A DNA stretch of 64,000 bases from the IMG/VR virus record IMGVR_UViG_3300034358_000008, positions 248,001 to 312,000 of that record; one strand, given 5' to 3'. The notes beneath the pieces were generated by a model. It searched no databases and was not told the origin of the DNA. It worked only from the letters and a program-made list of their open reading frames with translations. Made by a program: the position numbers and the translations under genes. Within the stretch, counting starts at the first letter, position 1. Every line of letters begins with the position of its first letter. Shown in pieces: positions 1 to 8,519 of the stretch.

Positions 1-1
1 A

Positions 2-622
2 ATGTACTTCGAGAAGCCGCACAACGTGGAGAACCCAGATAAGGGTAATCTGAATAAGGCGCTTAAAGCGGATGACATGAATTGGTCAGCCTTCAACAAA
101 GCAATCGACTTCCTCAACCCACATAAAGCAGTCTTGGATATCAAGCTGTTCTGGCGGGACGGAAGTGAAAGCAACTATCGAATCAATGTTGATCCGACTG
201 ATGATGAAGCCAAACCAACAGTTAATGAATTCAACTGGAAAGACTGTGAACTCTTCAAGGGAACTAAAGATCCATCTTTGCTGATGGGCCACGTGTTCCG
301 TCACATTGTTAATGCAGAGGGCTCTAAGCACCCAGACATCAACGTCTGGTATGAAAAGCTTTTTGATGATTACACGAAGAACCCATCCAACGTGGTTGGG
401 TTAAGTCAGAATGAAATCAACAAGAACGTCCAGCAACTCCGTCGCACTTTGATCGATCCTCGATTGAGTTGGAACGGTTTCCGTCGTGGGTTACATCTGC
501 TCCGCCCAAAAGCAGAAGAGTACACCCTTACCCTTGAATGGGCTGACAACGAACAACTGAAGAAGACTCTCCCGGACACGATCCATCCTGTCTTTGTGGC
601 TGACCCGTACTTTGAGGAATAA
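2..622 (+). CDS. hypothetical protein, may be 5'-truncated by the window edge
   Basis: 206-aa ORF with genome-typical codon usage, followed after 3 nt by the next gene. Confidence 0.8.
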   Translation: MYFEKPHNVENPDKGNLNKALKADDMNWSAFNKAIDFLNPHKAVLDIKLFWRDGSESNYRINVDPTDDEAKPTVNEFNWKDCELFKGTKDPSLLMGHVFRHIVNAEGSKHPDINVWYEKLFDDYTKNPSNVVGLSQNEINKNVQQLRRTLIDPRLSWNGFRRGLHLLRPKAEEYTLTLEWADNEQLKKTLPDTIHPVFVADPYFEE

Positions 623-625
623 CTG

Positions 626-1003
626 ATGTACGTTCTCGATCTTAGCTGTAAACATACCTGCCCACCGCAGTTTCGTTTCGACTTCGAGGACCCTAAGCAG
701 ACTATGACAGGGATAGGCTTCCTGTCATACGAAGGCTTGCGAATGTACCTCATTACCGGGAGCAAATACAAGATGTTCCTCCAAGGCAACTTGGAGTACG
801 CTATACAACAATACAAACCAGACTACGTGTTCATCCCAGATCTTCACGAGCAACTAGAGAATACTCTGAAGTTGGTATTAGCACGTTACCCGTTCCTCAA
901 ATTGAAGTACGGGCGTAACACACAAGTCGTTTGGACTAAGTTCGGTGTCACCCAAGCTGAGCAAGAATGGGTTGAGATCGTACGGAAGGTCCTTGCATCG
1001 TAA
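626..1003 (+). CDS. hypothetical protein
   Basis: 125-aa ORF, operon spacing. Confidence 0.8.
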   Translation: MYVLDLSCKHTCPPQFRFDFEDPKQTMTGIGFLSYEGLRMYLITGSKYKMFLQGNLEYAIQQYKPDYVFIPDLHEQLENTLKLVLARYPFLKLKYGRNTQVVWTKFGVTQAEQEWVEIVRKVLAS

Positions 1004-1050
1004 TAGGTTATCCATTTCGTATAACCTCTTAAACTCAAAAGGTAGTAAAT

Positions 1051-1935
1051 ATGACTAATGTACGTGAACTCGTTAAAACCGAAGTAGCCCTGCAAAAGAA
1101 AGCCATGATCTGGACTAACAAGCAGTTAGTGTTAGAGAAACAGGTTACTATTCAACAACTGGCTTCGGCTCTACGAGTGAGTGTAGCAAAGGCTGAAGAG
1201 GTAATGCACTTTCAGATTTACGGTGTAGGCGACGTTGCTCTGCTCGGGGTTAAATTACAGATCTTTGTGATTGACGGAAAACTCCCAGACTGGCTTCGTA
1301 AATTCCTGAACAAGATTCAGATCGCCTCAGTATTGCGTACCGCCAAGTCGACCACCAGTACATTGATCGAGCGCGATGTGCATCGTAAGGTTCTATCGCA
1401 AGTCTACGGTGATTCATTCAAAGACATTCTGACTGCAAGTTATCGCCGGGCTAGTGACACTCTATTTAATGCCTTAGTGCAGACCAATCTCGTAACTGAA
1501 GCTGCTCCATGTGAACTACATCAGTTTGATCAATTGACTAACCCACGCTGGGCGTTTGATCGCATGACTGGCCGAGCTGGTTTGGCCCACCATGTTCGTA
1601 AAGACGATGGTCTGACAGTACACATCCATTTCGGTAACCAACCTCCTGAAACTCTCGAGGCTATGGATCTTACAGTTAGCCGTCCTATCTCGGTAAACAC
1701 TGAGGCGACAACGTGTTCCCTGACTGCCGAGGAAATAGCTGATAATAAAGCTAAGCTGGAACATATCATCGAAAGCATGCGTCAAGCCGGCTACGCATTA
1801 TTGTCCGTACATAAACTCATCTCGTACCTACCCAAGAAAGGCGAAGCCCATACACGGCTATTGTTTGCTGAGAACACGGATATCGGTCTCACCATTGCAT
1901 TGACTGCACCATGGCAGGGATTGGTGTTTAAGTAA
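1051..1935 (+). CDS. hypothetical protein
   Basis: 294-aa ORF, AAGGT upstream of ATG. Confidence 0.85.
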   Translation: MTNVRELVKTEVALQKKAMIWTNKQLVLEKQVTIQQLASALRVSVAKAEEVMHFQIYGVGDVALLGVKLQIFVIDGKLPDWLRKFLNKIQIASVLRTAKSTTSTLIERDVHRKVLSQVYGDSFKDILTASYRRASDTLFNALVQTNLVTEAAPCELHQFDQLTNPRWAFDRMTGRAGLAHHVRKDDGLTVHIHFGNQPPETLEAMDLTVSRPISVNTEATTCSLTAEEIADNKAKLEHIIESMRQAGYALLSVHKLISYLPKKGEAHTRLLFAENTDIGLTIALTAPWQGLVFK

Positions 1936-1946
1936 CTAAGTAATCT

Positions 1947-1964
1947 GGGGCACTTCGGTGCCCC
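1947..1964 (+). terminator. intrinsic terminator
   Basis: GGGGCAC-TTCG-GTGCCCC followed by T-rich tract. Confidence 0.75.
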
Positions 1965-1996
1965 ATTTTATGTCCTTTCTTTTTTGGGTGAATCCA

Positions 1997-3163
1997 ATGT
2001 TACCATTAACTCTTCCAACCTTTACAGGCTTACCTACTAACCCAGTCGCGATTGTTGATCCCTATACCAGTGCCAACCCTGAGCTTATGACTAAGCTCGC
2101 TTCCAAGGTAACTGCATTCGATTCAGACCTTGGCGGCATTATTGGCAGTGCCACTAAGATGGTCAAGGGTATTGGTGACCAACTCAAAAGTAGTGGTATT
2201 GACTTACCGTCAGCTGTACAGCGTGTTAAAGACGCATTAGGGGGTTCCCGGTCAGCTATCTCAGATCTAGCCGAAGGCGTCGAGCGTAGCATCTTCGGAG
2301 ACCTCACGGGCATTGACGAAGGTACTGGCTACGTTCGTGGTGCTAACACCATGATTGACTCCGTTAAGATGGTGTACGACGGAGCTGTCCGTACATTCAA
2401 AGACGGCAACTTCAAAAACGTTTCCGGTATTGTCGATTTCATCGGTGATCTATCGGGTAACAAACTAATCGGTGTATTCGACCTTGGTGCTCAAGCAGCC
2501 CTCATTAAAGGTATCTTGGGCGAAGTATCTGATTGGGGTATCCCACAACTCGTAGATGAAACCTTTGGGGCTAAATGGAACCAAGAGAAGAACTCTTACG
2601 ATTACACCTATGATGATGAGTTCCGATTCAGTGTAACTAAACGTGCATCGGAGTCGATCTCTCCATCAACCAGCTTAGAAGTAATTGATCGTTTGATGGA
2701 ACATGGCGGTGATGCAGCATTGGTTGCTAATAACCCAAGCTTCCCTCAACAACTGTTGGCAGGTTATGTGTTTCCAGAAGGTTGCATTGCAGGGGGTCCT
2801 TACCCAGTAATGATTCCTAATCCTAGTATCCCAGGCGGTACTATGCCAGACCCTACTGGCGCACAGACTGTACCTAACTACGTAGATGAAGCACGTAAAC
2901 TGGTAATCATTCTCGATCGTTTGATGCCGGGCTGGTTTGAAGTTAACCGTACTGTGTCTACTGGGATTGATAGTAACCCTTGGCGTGTTGATAAGGCTTG
3001 GACCTTTCAATATATCAATACCGCCTCAGACGCCGCCAAGGCCGTTCTAACGACTAATGCGAAATACCGTGACGCTTTCCTTGCTGCACCGTTCTATCGC
3101 ATTGAATCGGGCGTAGCGCTCCTTAAAAACATGTATCCGTACTTCGTTGAGTCCTCCAGATAA
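1997..3163 (+). CDS. putative virion structural protein
   Basis: 388 aa from ATG 1997; TATG (late-promoter motif of phiKZ-like phages) upstream; virion role is inference from context. Confidence 0.55.
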   Translation: MLPLTLPTFTGLPTNPVAIVDPYTSANPELMTKLASKVTAFDSDLGGIIGSATKMVKGIGDQLKSSGIDLPSAVQRVKDALGGSRSAISDLAEGVERSIFGDLTGIDEGTGYVRGANTMIDSVKMVYDGAVRTFKDGNFKNVSGIVDFIGDLSGNKLIGVFDLGAQAALIKGILGEVSDWGIPQLVDETFGAKWNQEKNSYDYTYDDEFRFSVTKRASESISPSTSLEVIDRLMEHGGDAALVANNPSFPQQLLAGYVFPEGCIAGGPYPVMIPNPSIPGGTMPDPTGAQTVPNYVDEARKLVIILDRLMPGWFEVNRTVSTGIDSNPWRVDKAWTFQYINTASDAAKAVLTTNAKYRDAFLAAPFYRIESGVALLKNMYPYFVESSR

Positions 3164-3166
3164 CCT

Positions 3167-3190
3167 AGCCTCCCTTCGGGGAGGCTTTTA
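3167..3190 (+). terminator. intrinsic terminator
   Basis: AGCCTCCC-TTCG-GGGAGGCT + TTT. Confidence 0.85.
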
Positions 3191-3214
3191 TGTTATTAGA
3201 AGCCATTTAAACAC

Positions 3215-3222
3215 TATATTAC
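3215..3222 (+). promoter_or_regulatory. phiKZ-type early (vRNAP) promoter motif TATATTAC
   Basis: Exact TATATTAC directly after a terminator and ahead of a run of small genes; same motif at 45377. Confidence 0.7.
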
Positions 3223-3305
3223 TTCTGTGCATGATGGATAGATTAAGTGTTGTTTACTTAGTCCGAAGTTGTGCTATTGGTACCAATAACCAAGAGGTAA
3301 GTTAG

Positions 3306-3422
3306 ATGAGCACTAAGCAAAAATGGCAAGTTGCTGTAATCATCGCCGCCGGTTGCACTGCTACTGCACTGTCGGTCCTCTACGTAACCCGTGACACCAT
3401 CCTTGGACGGATGGACACGTAA
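3306..3422 (+). CDS. 38-aa membrane microprotein
   Basis: GAGGT 7 nt before ATG; MSTKQKWQVAVIIAAGCTATALSVLYVTRDTILGRMDT has one hydrophobic helix; below ORF-track cutoff. Confidence 0.6.
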   Translation: MSTKQKWQVAVIIAAGCTATALSVLYVTRDTILGRMDT

Positions 3423-3566
3423 CTAGCAGGGAGTTAAGTGGATTTAACTCTGAAGTGCCGTCCTCTGAGTTTGAACCCAGAGACGTTAGGAGATGGCAGG
3501 GGGAAACACAACTAGAGCAGCCACTCCTACATGTTACATACATTCACTAAGAGGAAAAAGATCCAA

Positions 3567-3704
3567 ATGCAGTCTTCAAAAACGGAAGATAAGAAAGACA
3601 ATAGCAAACGCGTACGTCGCATGATGGAAGCGTGTCTAACTGCGGCAGCGTGTACATACTTAGGCATCACAGCCTATAGAAAGCTAACTGAACCAAAAAG
3701 CTGA
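3567..3704 (+). CDS. 45-aa microprotein with C-terminal hydrophobic segment
   Basis: GAGG upstream; MQSSKTEDKKDNSKRVRRMMEACLTAAACTYLGITAYRKLTEPKS. Confidence 0.55.
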   Translation: MQSSKTEDKKDNSKRVRRMMEACLTAAACTYLGITAYRKLTEPKS

Positions 3705-3744
3705 TAGTTGCCTGGCATCTATTGGTTATTGATTTTCGGTTACC

Positions 3745-3767
3745 GGGGGGTGGGGACCCCCCTTTTT
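3745..3767 (+). terminator. intrinsic terminator
   Basis: GGGGGG-TGGGGA-CCCCCC + TTTTT. Confidence 0.65.
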
Positions 3768-3803
3768 CCAACAACTCAATTACGTAAATTCAATAGGTGG
3801 CCC

Positions 3804-4592
3804 ATGGAAAAGATATATGTTGTGCATTACATCATCGATACGTATGGTGAAACAACCAACTACCGAACGGTAAATATGACGGAGGTAATAGACCGTTACG
3901 AGATGTTGACTGACCGCATCAAAAAGGCCATGTTGACCAATGGCATCGAAAACCCAGACGAACTGGTTACCTACTCCTTTCGGATGTTGGGTGATCTGCG
4001 TAATGGTCACTACCAACGGAAAGAACTGGTTGAAGTTAACCTGGAAGCTCTGAAGGAAGACCTCACTGGGTTCCCGTGGGAGAACTGGGATTGGGTAAAA
4101 GCCTTCCAGCCTGTGGTTGATGTCGCTGGCTACTCGATTGTAGAACTTGAAAAAGAACTTCAGTCGTTCGGTCCGTCGATGCATAAGTCTAACGATTACG
4201 TCGCACCGTGCTATCGTATCTACGAAAGCGGGCGGGCGGATTACCGTAAGTCGGAGTTCACTGACAACACCAAGAAGCAACAGCAAACCCCACCTGCCCA
4301 GAAACCGTGGTATGCGCGATTCAAGGATAACTACCTTGTCCCTTTCGGTGATGCACTTACTGAAAATGCGCCAACCATTCTGGCTGTAACTACCACGATC
4401 GCGGCAGTGGCTGTAATGATGCATACTTCTAATGAGTCAGTACATGTGGTCGAGGAGGCCACTCGCAAGAACGAAGAACTGTTGCGACACATCGAAGAAA
4501 CGATCGAGGATGCCGTGGAGTTACCCCAGATCGTTAAGGTTGAACTCGGTGATGACATCGAGGTCATTGCGACAGGTCATCGTACCTGGTAG
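3804..4592 (+). CDS. hypothetical protein with one hydrophobic segment near the C-terminus
   Basis: AGGTGG before ATG 3804; segment APTILAVTTTIAAVAVMM. Confidence 0.8.
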   Translation: MEKIYVVHYIIDTYGETTNYRTVNMTEVIDRYEMLTDRIKKAMLTNGIENPDELVTYSFRMLGDLRNGHYQRKELVEVNLEALKEDLTGFPWENWDWVKAFQPVVDVAGYSIVELEKELQSFGPSMHKSNDYVAPCYRIYESGRADYRKSEFTDNTKKQQQTPPAQKPWYARFKDNYLVPFGDALTENAPTILAVTTTIAAVAVMMHTSNESVHVVEEATRKNEELLRHIEETIEDAVELPQIVKVELGDDIEVIATGHRTW

Positions 4593-4600
4593 CAATACTT

Positions 4601-4627
4601 AGCCCCCTCGTCGGAGGGGGCTTTTTA
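4601..4627 (+). terminator. intrinsic terminator
   Basis: AGCCCCCTC-GTCG-GAGGGGGCT + TTTT. Confidence 0.85.
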
Positions 4628-4651
4628 TAACCTGATGCTGGAGTATTTCAT

Positions 4652-4960
4652 ATGAAGGTTTCCGTAATGGTGGCCAACTACTTTGCTTTAATAAAGGAGT
4701 TGAACCGTCTTGATCGAAAGAAACATGAAATCGTTTTGATGGCTAACCCAGGTGCAGTGCATTCAGTTACATTGCATTTGATTGATGAAGGTGCTCGTGC
4801 TTTCGTCAAGGTAGTAGAAGGTGAGGCCTGTACCGTTACACTCTGGAATGCTCAGGGTGAATACGATACTGGTTTGGAAATCACCGACGGTAACATCAAG
4901 GAGTCAGCTCAGCAGATAGTTGATTATCTACATAACCCAACGAATGCGTTTAAGGAGTAA
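4652..4960 (+). CDS. hypothetical protein, paralog family A
   Basis: GGAG RBS; C-terminal A-x-x-I-x-x-YL-x-NP motif shared with next two genes. Confidence 0.8.
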   Translation: MKVSVMVANYFALIKELNRLDRKKHEIVLMANPGAVHSVTLHLIDEGARAFVKVVEGEACTVTLWNAQGEYDTGLEITDGNIKESAQQIVDYLHNPTNAFKE

Positions 4961-4963
4961 ACG

Positions 4964-5305
4964 ATGCACATTTCCGAAGAACTGAAGAACGGCATTAAAC
5001 TGATGCTGAACTTGCAAGAACTGGATTCCCCTGCCTTTGAGTTGAAGGCTTATATCGAGGAACTCCCGTACCCAGCACTCAAGTGGGTGTATGTGATCAC
5101 ACCTGTGGGTTTGCCACAGATGGCCAAGCTGATCATCGATCCGTTCGATAGCCTCACTGTAGAGCTTTACAGCGAGACCATCATCATGACTGATCGTCTC
5201 ACTGTCCATGACAATGCTGACCTGCACAAGACTGCTGAGATGATTGTATCGTATCTCAAGAACCCATCTGCATTCGACAGGTTTAAAAATGCTGATCGCG
5301 CCTGA
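4964..5305 (+). CDS. hypothetical protein, paralog family A
   Basis: AAGGAG RBS; I-x-x-ELKN start and D-x-ADL...YL end. Confidence 0.85.
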   Translation: MHISEELKNGIKLMLNLQELDSPAFELKAYIEELPYPALKWVYVITPVGLPQMAKLIIDPFDSLTVELYSETIIMTDRLTVHDNADLHKTAEMIVSYLKNPSAFDRFKNADRA

Positions 5306-5609
5306 ACTGAAAAACGCAATGTCATTGATCAATCGTCTGGAGAAGCTTGAAACTAAAAACTTCAAGCTTTTCGTAAGACTGTTGTTCTCTGAGAATGGCT
5401 TCATCATTTCACCCGTTGGGAAGAAACAATGCATTAAGCTGTACGTTGAACAGCACCATCACCTGTTGGCCGTGTACATTAATCACCGTGAGAAATATGA
5501 TACGGAAACGATTATTGCTGACGATGCTGATTTGGATGAACTGGCTAACAAGATCATGCAGTACCTGAAATACATGGAACACGTTGTAGAACACGAACAG
5601 TGTAGTTAA
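5289..5609 (+). CDS. hypothetical protein, paralog family A
   Basis: MLIAPELKN...DDADLDELANKIMQYLK aligns with the previous gene; start moved to ATG 5289. Confidence 0.8.
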   Translation: MLIAPELKNAMSLINRLEKLETKNFKLFVRLLFSENGFIISPVGKKQCIKLYVEQHHHLLAVYINHREKYDTETIIADDADLDELANKIMQYLKYMEHVVEHEQCS

Positions 5610-5639
5610 ACAAACCCTAATCCTTAAAGGAATTTACCC

Positions 5640-5981
5640 GTGCCTAAGACTAAATTGATCCTGCTTGAACAATCCCTCGTCTCCATGCTGGATCATTGCA
5701 TGGGTGAAGCGTGGGTTGAATGTGGTGATAACCTACCCGATGTGGTAGTGCATAACCTCGTCGATGGTCACCTTACCTGGACTGTACATGGTCAGGCAAC
5801 AACTGAACTGCATTATCGCGTTGACTTCATGTTCACCGATGATGACGTCTGCTTCGTTGAATGGGAGCAAGGTGTGGGTATTCAATCCTACGCATTCCCT
5901 AACCCGACCGAAGAACGTTTCTTCATCATGGCTGGAATGGCATTGGCCTTCCAATCTAACGTTCTCCAACAGATCCAGTAA
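5640..5981 (+). CDS. hypothetical protein
   Basis: AAGGA RBS, GTG start. Confidence 0.75.
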   Translation: MPKTKLILLEQSLVSMLDHCMGEAWVECGDNLPDVVVHNLVDGHLTWTVHGQATTELHYRVDFMFTDDDVCFVEWEQGVGIQSYAFPNPTEERFFIMAGMALAFQSNVLQQIQ

Positions 5982-5991
5982 GGAGTTTATC

Positions 5992-6357
5992 ATGGACCTC
6001 GCACACAAGTTGATCCTGTTGCAATTCGATGAAGTCTTCAGGGTCTACAATGAGTGGATCGACCTGGAGGATCACGTTAAGCTTATACCGCGTGACCCTA
6101 ACATCCGTTTCGATGCAGTAGCTGAAAAACGAATGGCTGTACTGAAGTTCGTTGTTAAAGTAAACGAACAAGAAGTCGTCTTCGTATCGAGCTGCATCGG
6201 TGGATCTTTCACCGGTTCACTTATCGACACTGGCGGACGTATTGCTACCTACGGTGAATTGGCAGATATCTTGTCTGATATCACAGCTGAGATCTATTAT
6301 CAGCTGGTTAAGTACGCCGAAGAAAACAACTTCCCCTCTTACAACATCATGCACTAA
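5992..6357 (+). CDS. hypothetical protein
   Basis: AAGGAG RBS before ATG 5992. Confidence 0.8.
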   Translation: MDLAHKLILLQFDEVFRVYNEWIDLEDHVKLIPRDPNIRFDAVAEKRMAVLKFVVKVNEQEVVFVSSCIGGSFTGSLIDTGGRIATYGELADILSDITAEIYYQLVKYAEENNFPSYNIMH

Positions 6358-6377
6358 TCATCCCCAAGGAGTAATAC

Positions 6378-6848
6378 ATGTTCGGTAAACTGACTGACAA
6401 AATCGTCTACAATCAACTTACCCATTACGTTGTTCTGGCCAGTTGTATGGTCCGCGGTATGGAACGCCGCCAAGCCCTGAAAGAACTGATCGATCTGATC
6501 TTTAGTAAACAGGGTGAATCGGTGTTGTTCTTCAACCGTGAAGACTCCCGTTATTTCGTAGCTGAGTTTGATGGCGTTCGCCTGATGACTGTCTACGAAG
6601 ATCGTAACGGCGATATATCGGTTGAAGCCATCGATCGACTGCCTGAATCGGGTGCTTCGATCATCACCGAAATGTTGGCAAAGGCTATACAGATCAAAAC
6701 TCTGGAATGGCACGTCGCCGCGTTGGATCGTATCGCAGGTATGCATCAACGCACTGTTGCTCAATTGGGTAATATCAGTAAACTCCTGACTGTAGGTAAT
6801 AACTTCAGTCAGGCTAACCTGCCTCCTCCAGCTGGTCCGCTTTACTAA
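6378..6848 (+). CDS. hypothetical protein
   Basis: AAGGAG RBS. Confidence 0.8.
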   Translation: MFGKLTDKIVYNQLTHYVVLASCMVRGMERRQALKELIDLIFSKQGESVLFFNREDSRYFVAEFDGVRLMTVYEDRNGDISVEAIDRLPESGASIITEMLAKAIQIKTLEWHVAALDRIAGMHQRTVAQLGNISKLLTVGNNFSQANLPPPAGPLY

Positions 6849-6852
6849 GACG

Positions 6853-6887
6853 ACATAAAGCCAGCTCCTTATGGGAGCTGGCCTATG
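6853..6887. terminator. bidirectional terminator between convergent operons
   Basis: GCCAGCTCC-TTAT-GGGAGCTGGC flanked by CATA/TATG. Confidence 0.8.
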
Positions 6888-6906
6888 CCTTATTTTTTTT
6901 TGTGTC

Positions 6907-7776
6907 TTAACGAAGGTAGTTAGGACGACGAACACCTTTAGCACGATCCCAATCAAGAATCTTGATCAGTTCCGATACATCACGATGCTCAGCAGACTCC
7001 AACCCAAGGCGTGTACGCTTCTGGTTATCATCTTGGATCTTCCACAGTACATCAGGGGTGATCTGACGTTCAGGGATGATCATTGCTTCTTCAGCTGTGA
7101 AGTTTTCCAGAGCAGGAGAAGTATATTTGTTAGCGGTAAAGATACCACCTTCACCTACGAAGTCCCATGTAGAGATTTCACGGGTGTACTTAATGCCACG
7201 GTATTGATCGTCCTGAGTAATAGAACGTACCGAACAGTAAGTGTTAATGCTTGGGTTATCCAGCGAGTCTTTGAAGACTTGAGCAAAAGGACCGTAAGGT
7301 TTAACTTCAGCTACAACCATCTTGACAGGCTTACCCTGCTCATTCGTACCTGGAACAATAGTCAGGTTACGGATGTGTGCACAAACGCGGTTGTCGTCGA
7401 TCTGACGAATCCGCATGAGGTACTCAGCATCAGAGAGTGGCTTACGAACAACCCGACCATCGATCATGAGATCTTGGAATGGTTCAGGGTGTTTGAACTC
7501 CATGAACAAAACGCCTTTCTTAAGACGTCTCATCAAAGAACTCGATGGTTCAAACATCGCTACGCCGGATGCTTCATCATAAAACATACCAGCGGAGTTT
7601 TGTGTACCATAGCTACCAACCACGAGGGTGTAGTAACCGTCAGCATCCGCAGGAAGGATGCCGCGTTTGTTAGTACCAGCCAACATCGCACAACCAACAG
7701 TAACTGCTGATTGCGCCAAGGCAACTTGACCAGATGGGTTAGGGATCGTTCTCCCTCGGATAAGACCTAAGTTCAT
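6907..7776 (-). CDS. prohead (head maturation) serine protease, phiKZ gp175-like / T4 gp21-related
   Basis: EFKHPE (catalytic His) and CSVRS (catalytic Ser) motifs, TWDFVGEGG, and SPALE|NF candidate autocleavage site; position downstream of vRNAP beta. Confidence 0.85.
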   Translation of the reverse strand: MNLGLIRGRTIPNPSGQVALAQSAVTVGCAMLAGTNKRGILPADADGYYTLVVGSYGTQNSAGMFYDEASGVAMFEPSSSLMRRLKKGVLFMEFKHPEPFQDLMIDGRVVRKPLSDAEYLMRIRQIDDNRVCAHIRNLTIVPGTNEQGKPVKMVVAEVKPYGPFAQVFKDSLDNPSINTYCSVRSITQDDQYRGIKYTREISTWDFVGEGGIFTANKYTSPALENFTAEEAMIIPERQITPDVLWKIQDDNQKRTRLGLESAEHRDVSELIKILDWDRAKGVRRPNYLR

Positions 7777-7789
7777 ATACCACTTCCAT

Positions 7790-8509
7790 TTAAGTGCGGA
7801 GCAGTTCTTCGATCATCTCAACCGACTCAGATTGGTTAACCAGAGCAGAGTTGATACCTTCGCTGTAATAAGCACCGTTTAGTTTAGACGTTGTATCGGA
7901 AGTGTTCCAAATAACAGAACGGAAGGGAACCGTAACAGGAGGTTTAGTCCGTAGGTCTTCCGGGCGTGCAAGGATGTGCCGATACAGCCGAGTCATATCA
8001 TTCGGATCTCGAGCAATAGTTGAAATAATCAACTCGATAATCGAACGACCACCAAGGTCAACCCCGGCGTGCTCTTTTGCTGTGTCGAACATATTCGCCA
8101 TGTCGAAGTAATCCATGTACCAAGGAATGTTACCCTTAGCAATGAACTCATCGTACATGTAGTAACTGAGGGTGTCTGTCACAACCAAAGCGGTCGTGTA
8201 GATTAACTTGTCTCCAGCTTCAAACTGGAACTCGATGTAAGGTGTTTCGTTAACTACGATCTTCTGCGTGGAGCTAGGACAGATACGCATCATTGCGATA
8301 GTCTTGTTAACAGCGTATCGGTCTCCCATGATGATCGGGAAGAAACCAAAGACAAAAACCTCACTGCCTAGGACAGCAAGGTTCTTAGCTGTAAAACTTT
8401 CGGGAATCTGTACGGTACACGGAACAGTAGTAACGACACTTCCATCGGATTCTTCTGACAAACGACTGAGTACGTAGTCTGCATCACGAATCAGATTTGG
8501 AGTGTTCAT
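7790..8509 (-). CDS. conserved head-associated protein, phiKZ gp176-like
   Basis: 239 aa, AAGGA RBS, directly upstream of protease; assignment by recalled synteny. Confidence 0.65.
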   Translation of the reverse strand: MNTPNLIRDADYVLSRLSEESDGSVVTTVPCTVQIPESFTAKNLAVLGSEVFVFGFFPIIMGDRYAVNKTIAMMRICPSSTQKIVVNETPYIEFQFEAGDKLIYTTALVVTDTLSYYMYDEFIAKGNIPWYMDYFDMANMFDTAKEHAGVDLGGRSIIELIISTIARDPNDMTRLYRHILARPEDLRTKPPVTVPFRSVIWNTSDTTSKLNGAYYSEGINSALVNQSESVEMIEELLRT

Positions 8510-8519
8510 GGGTTATCCT

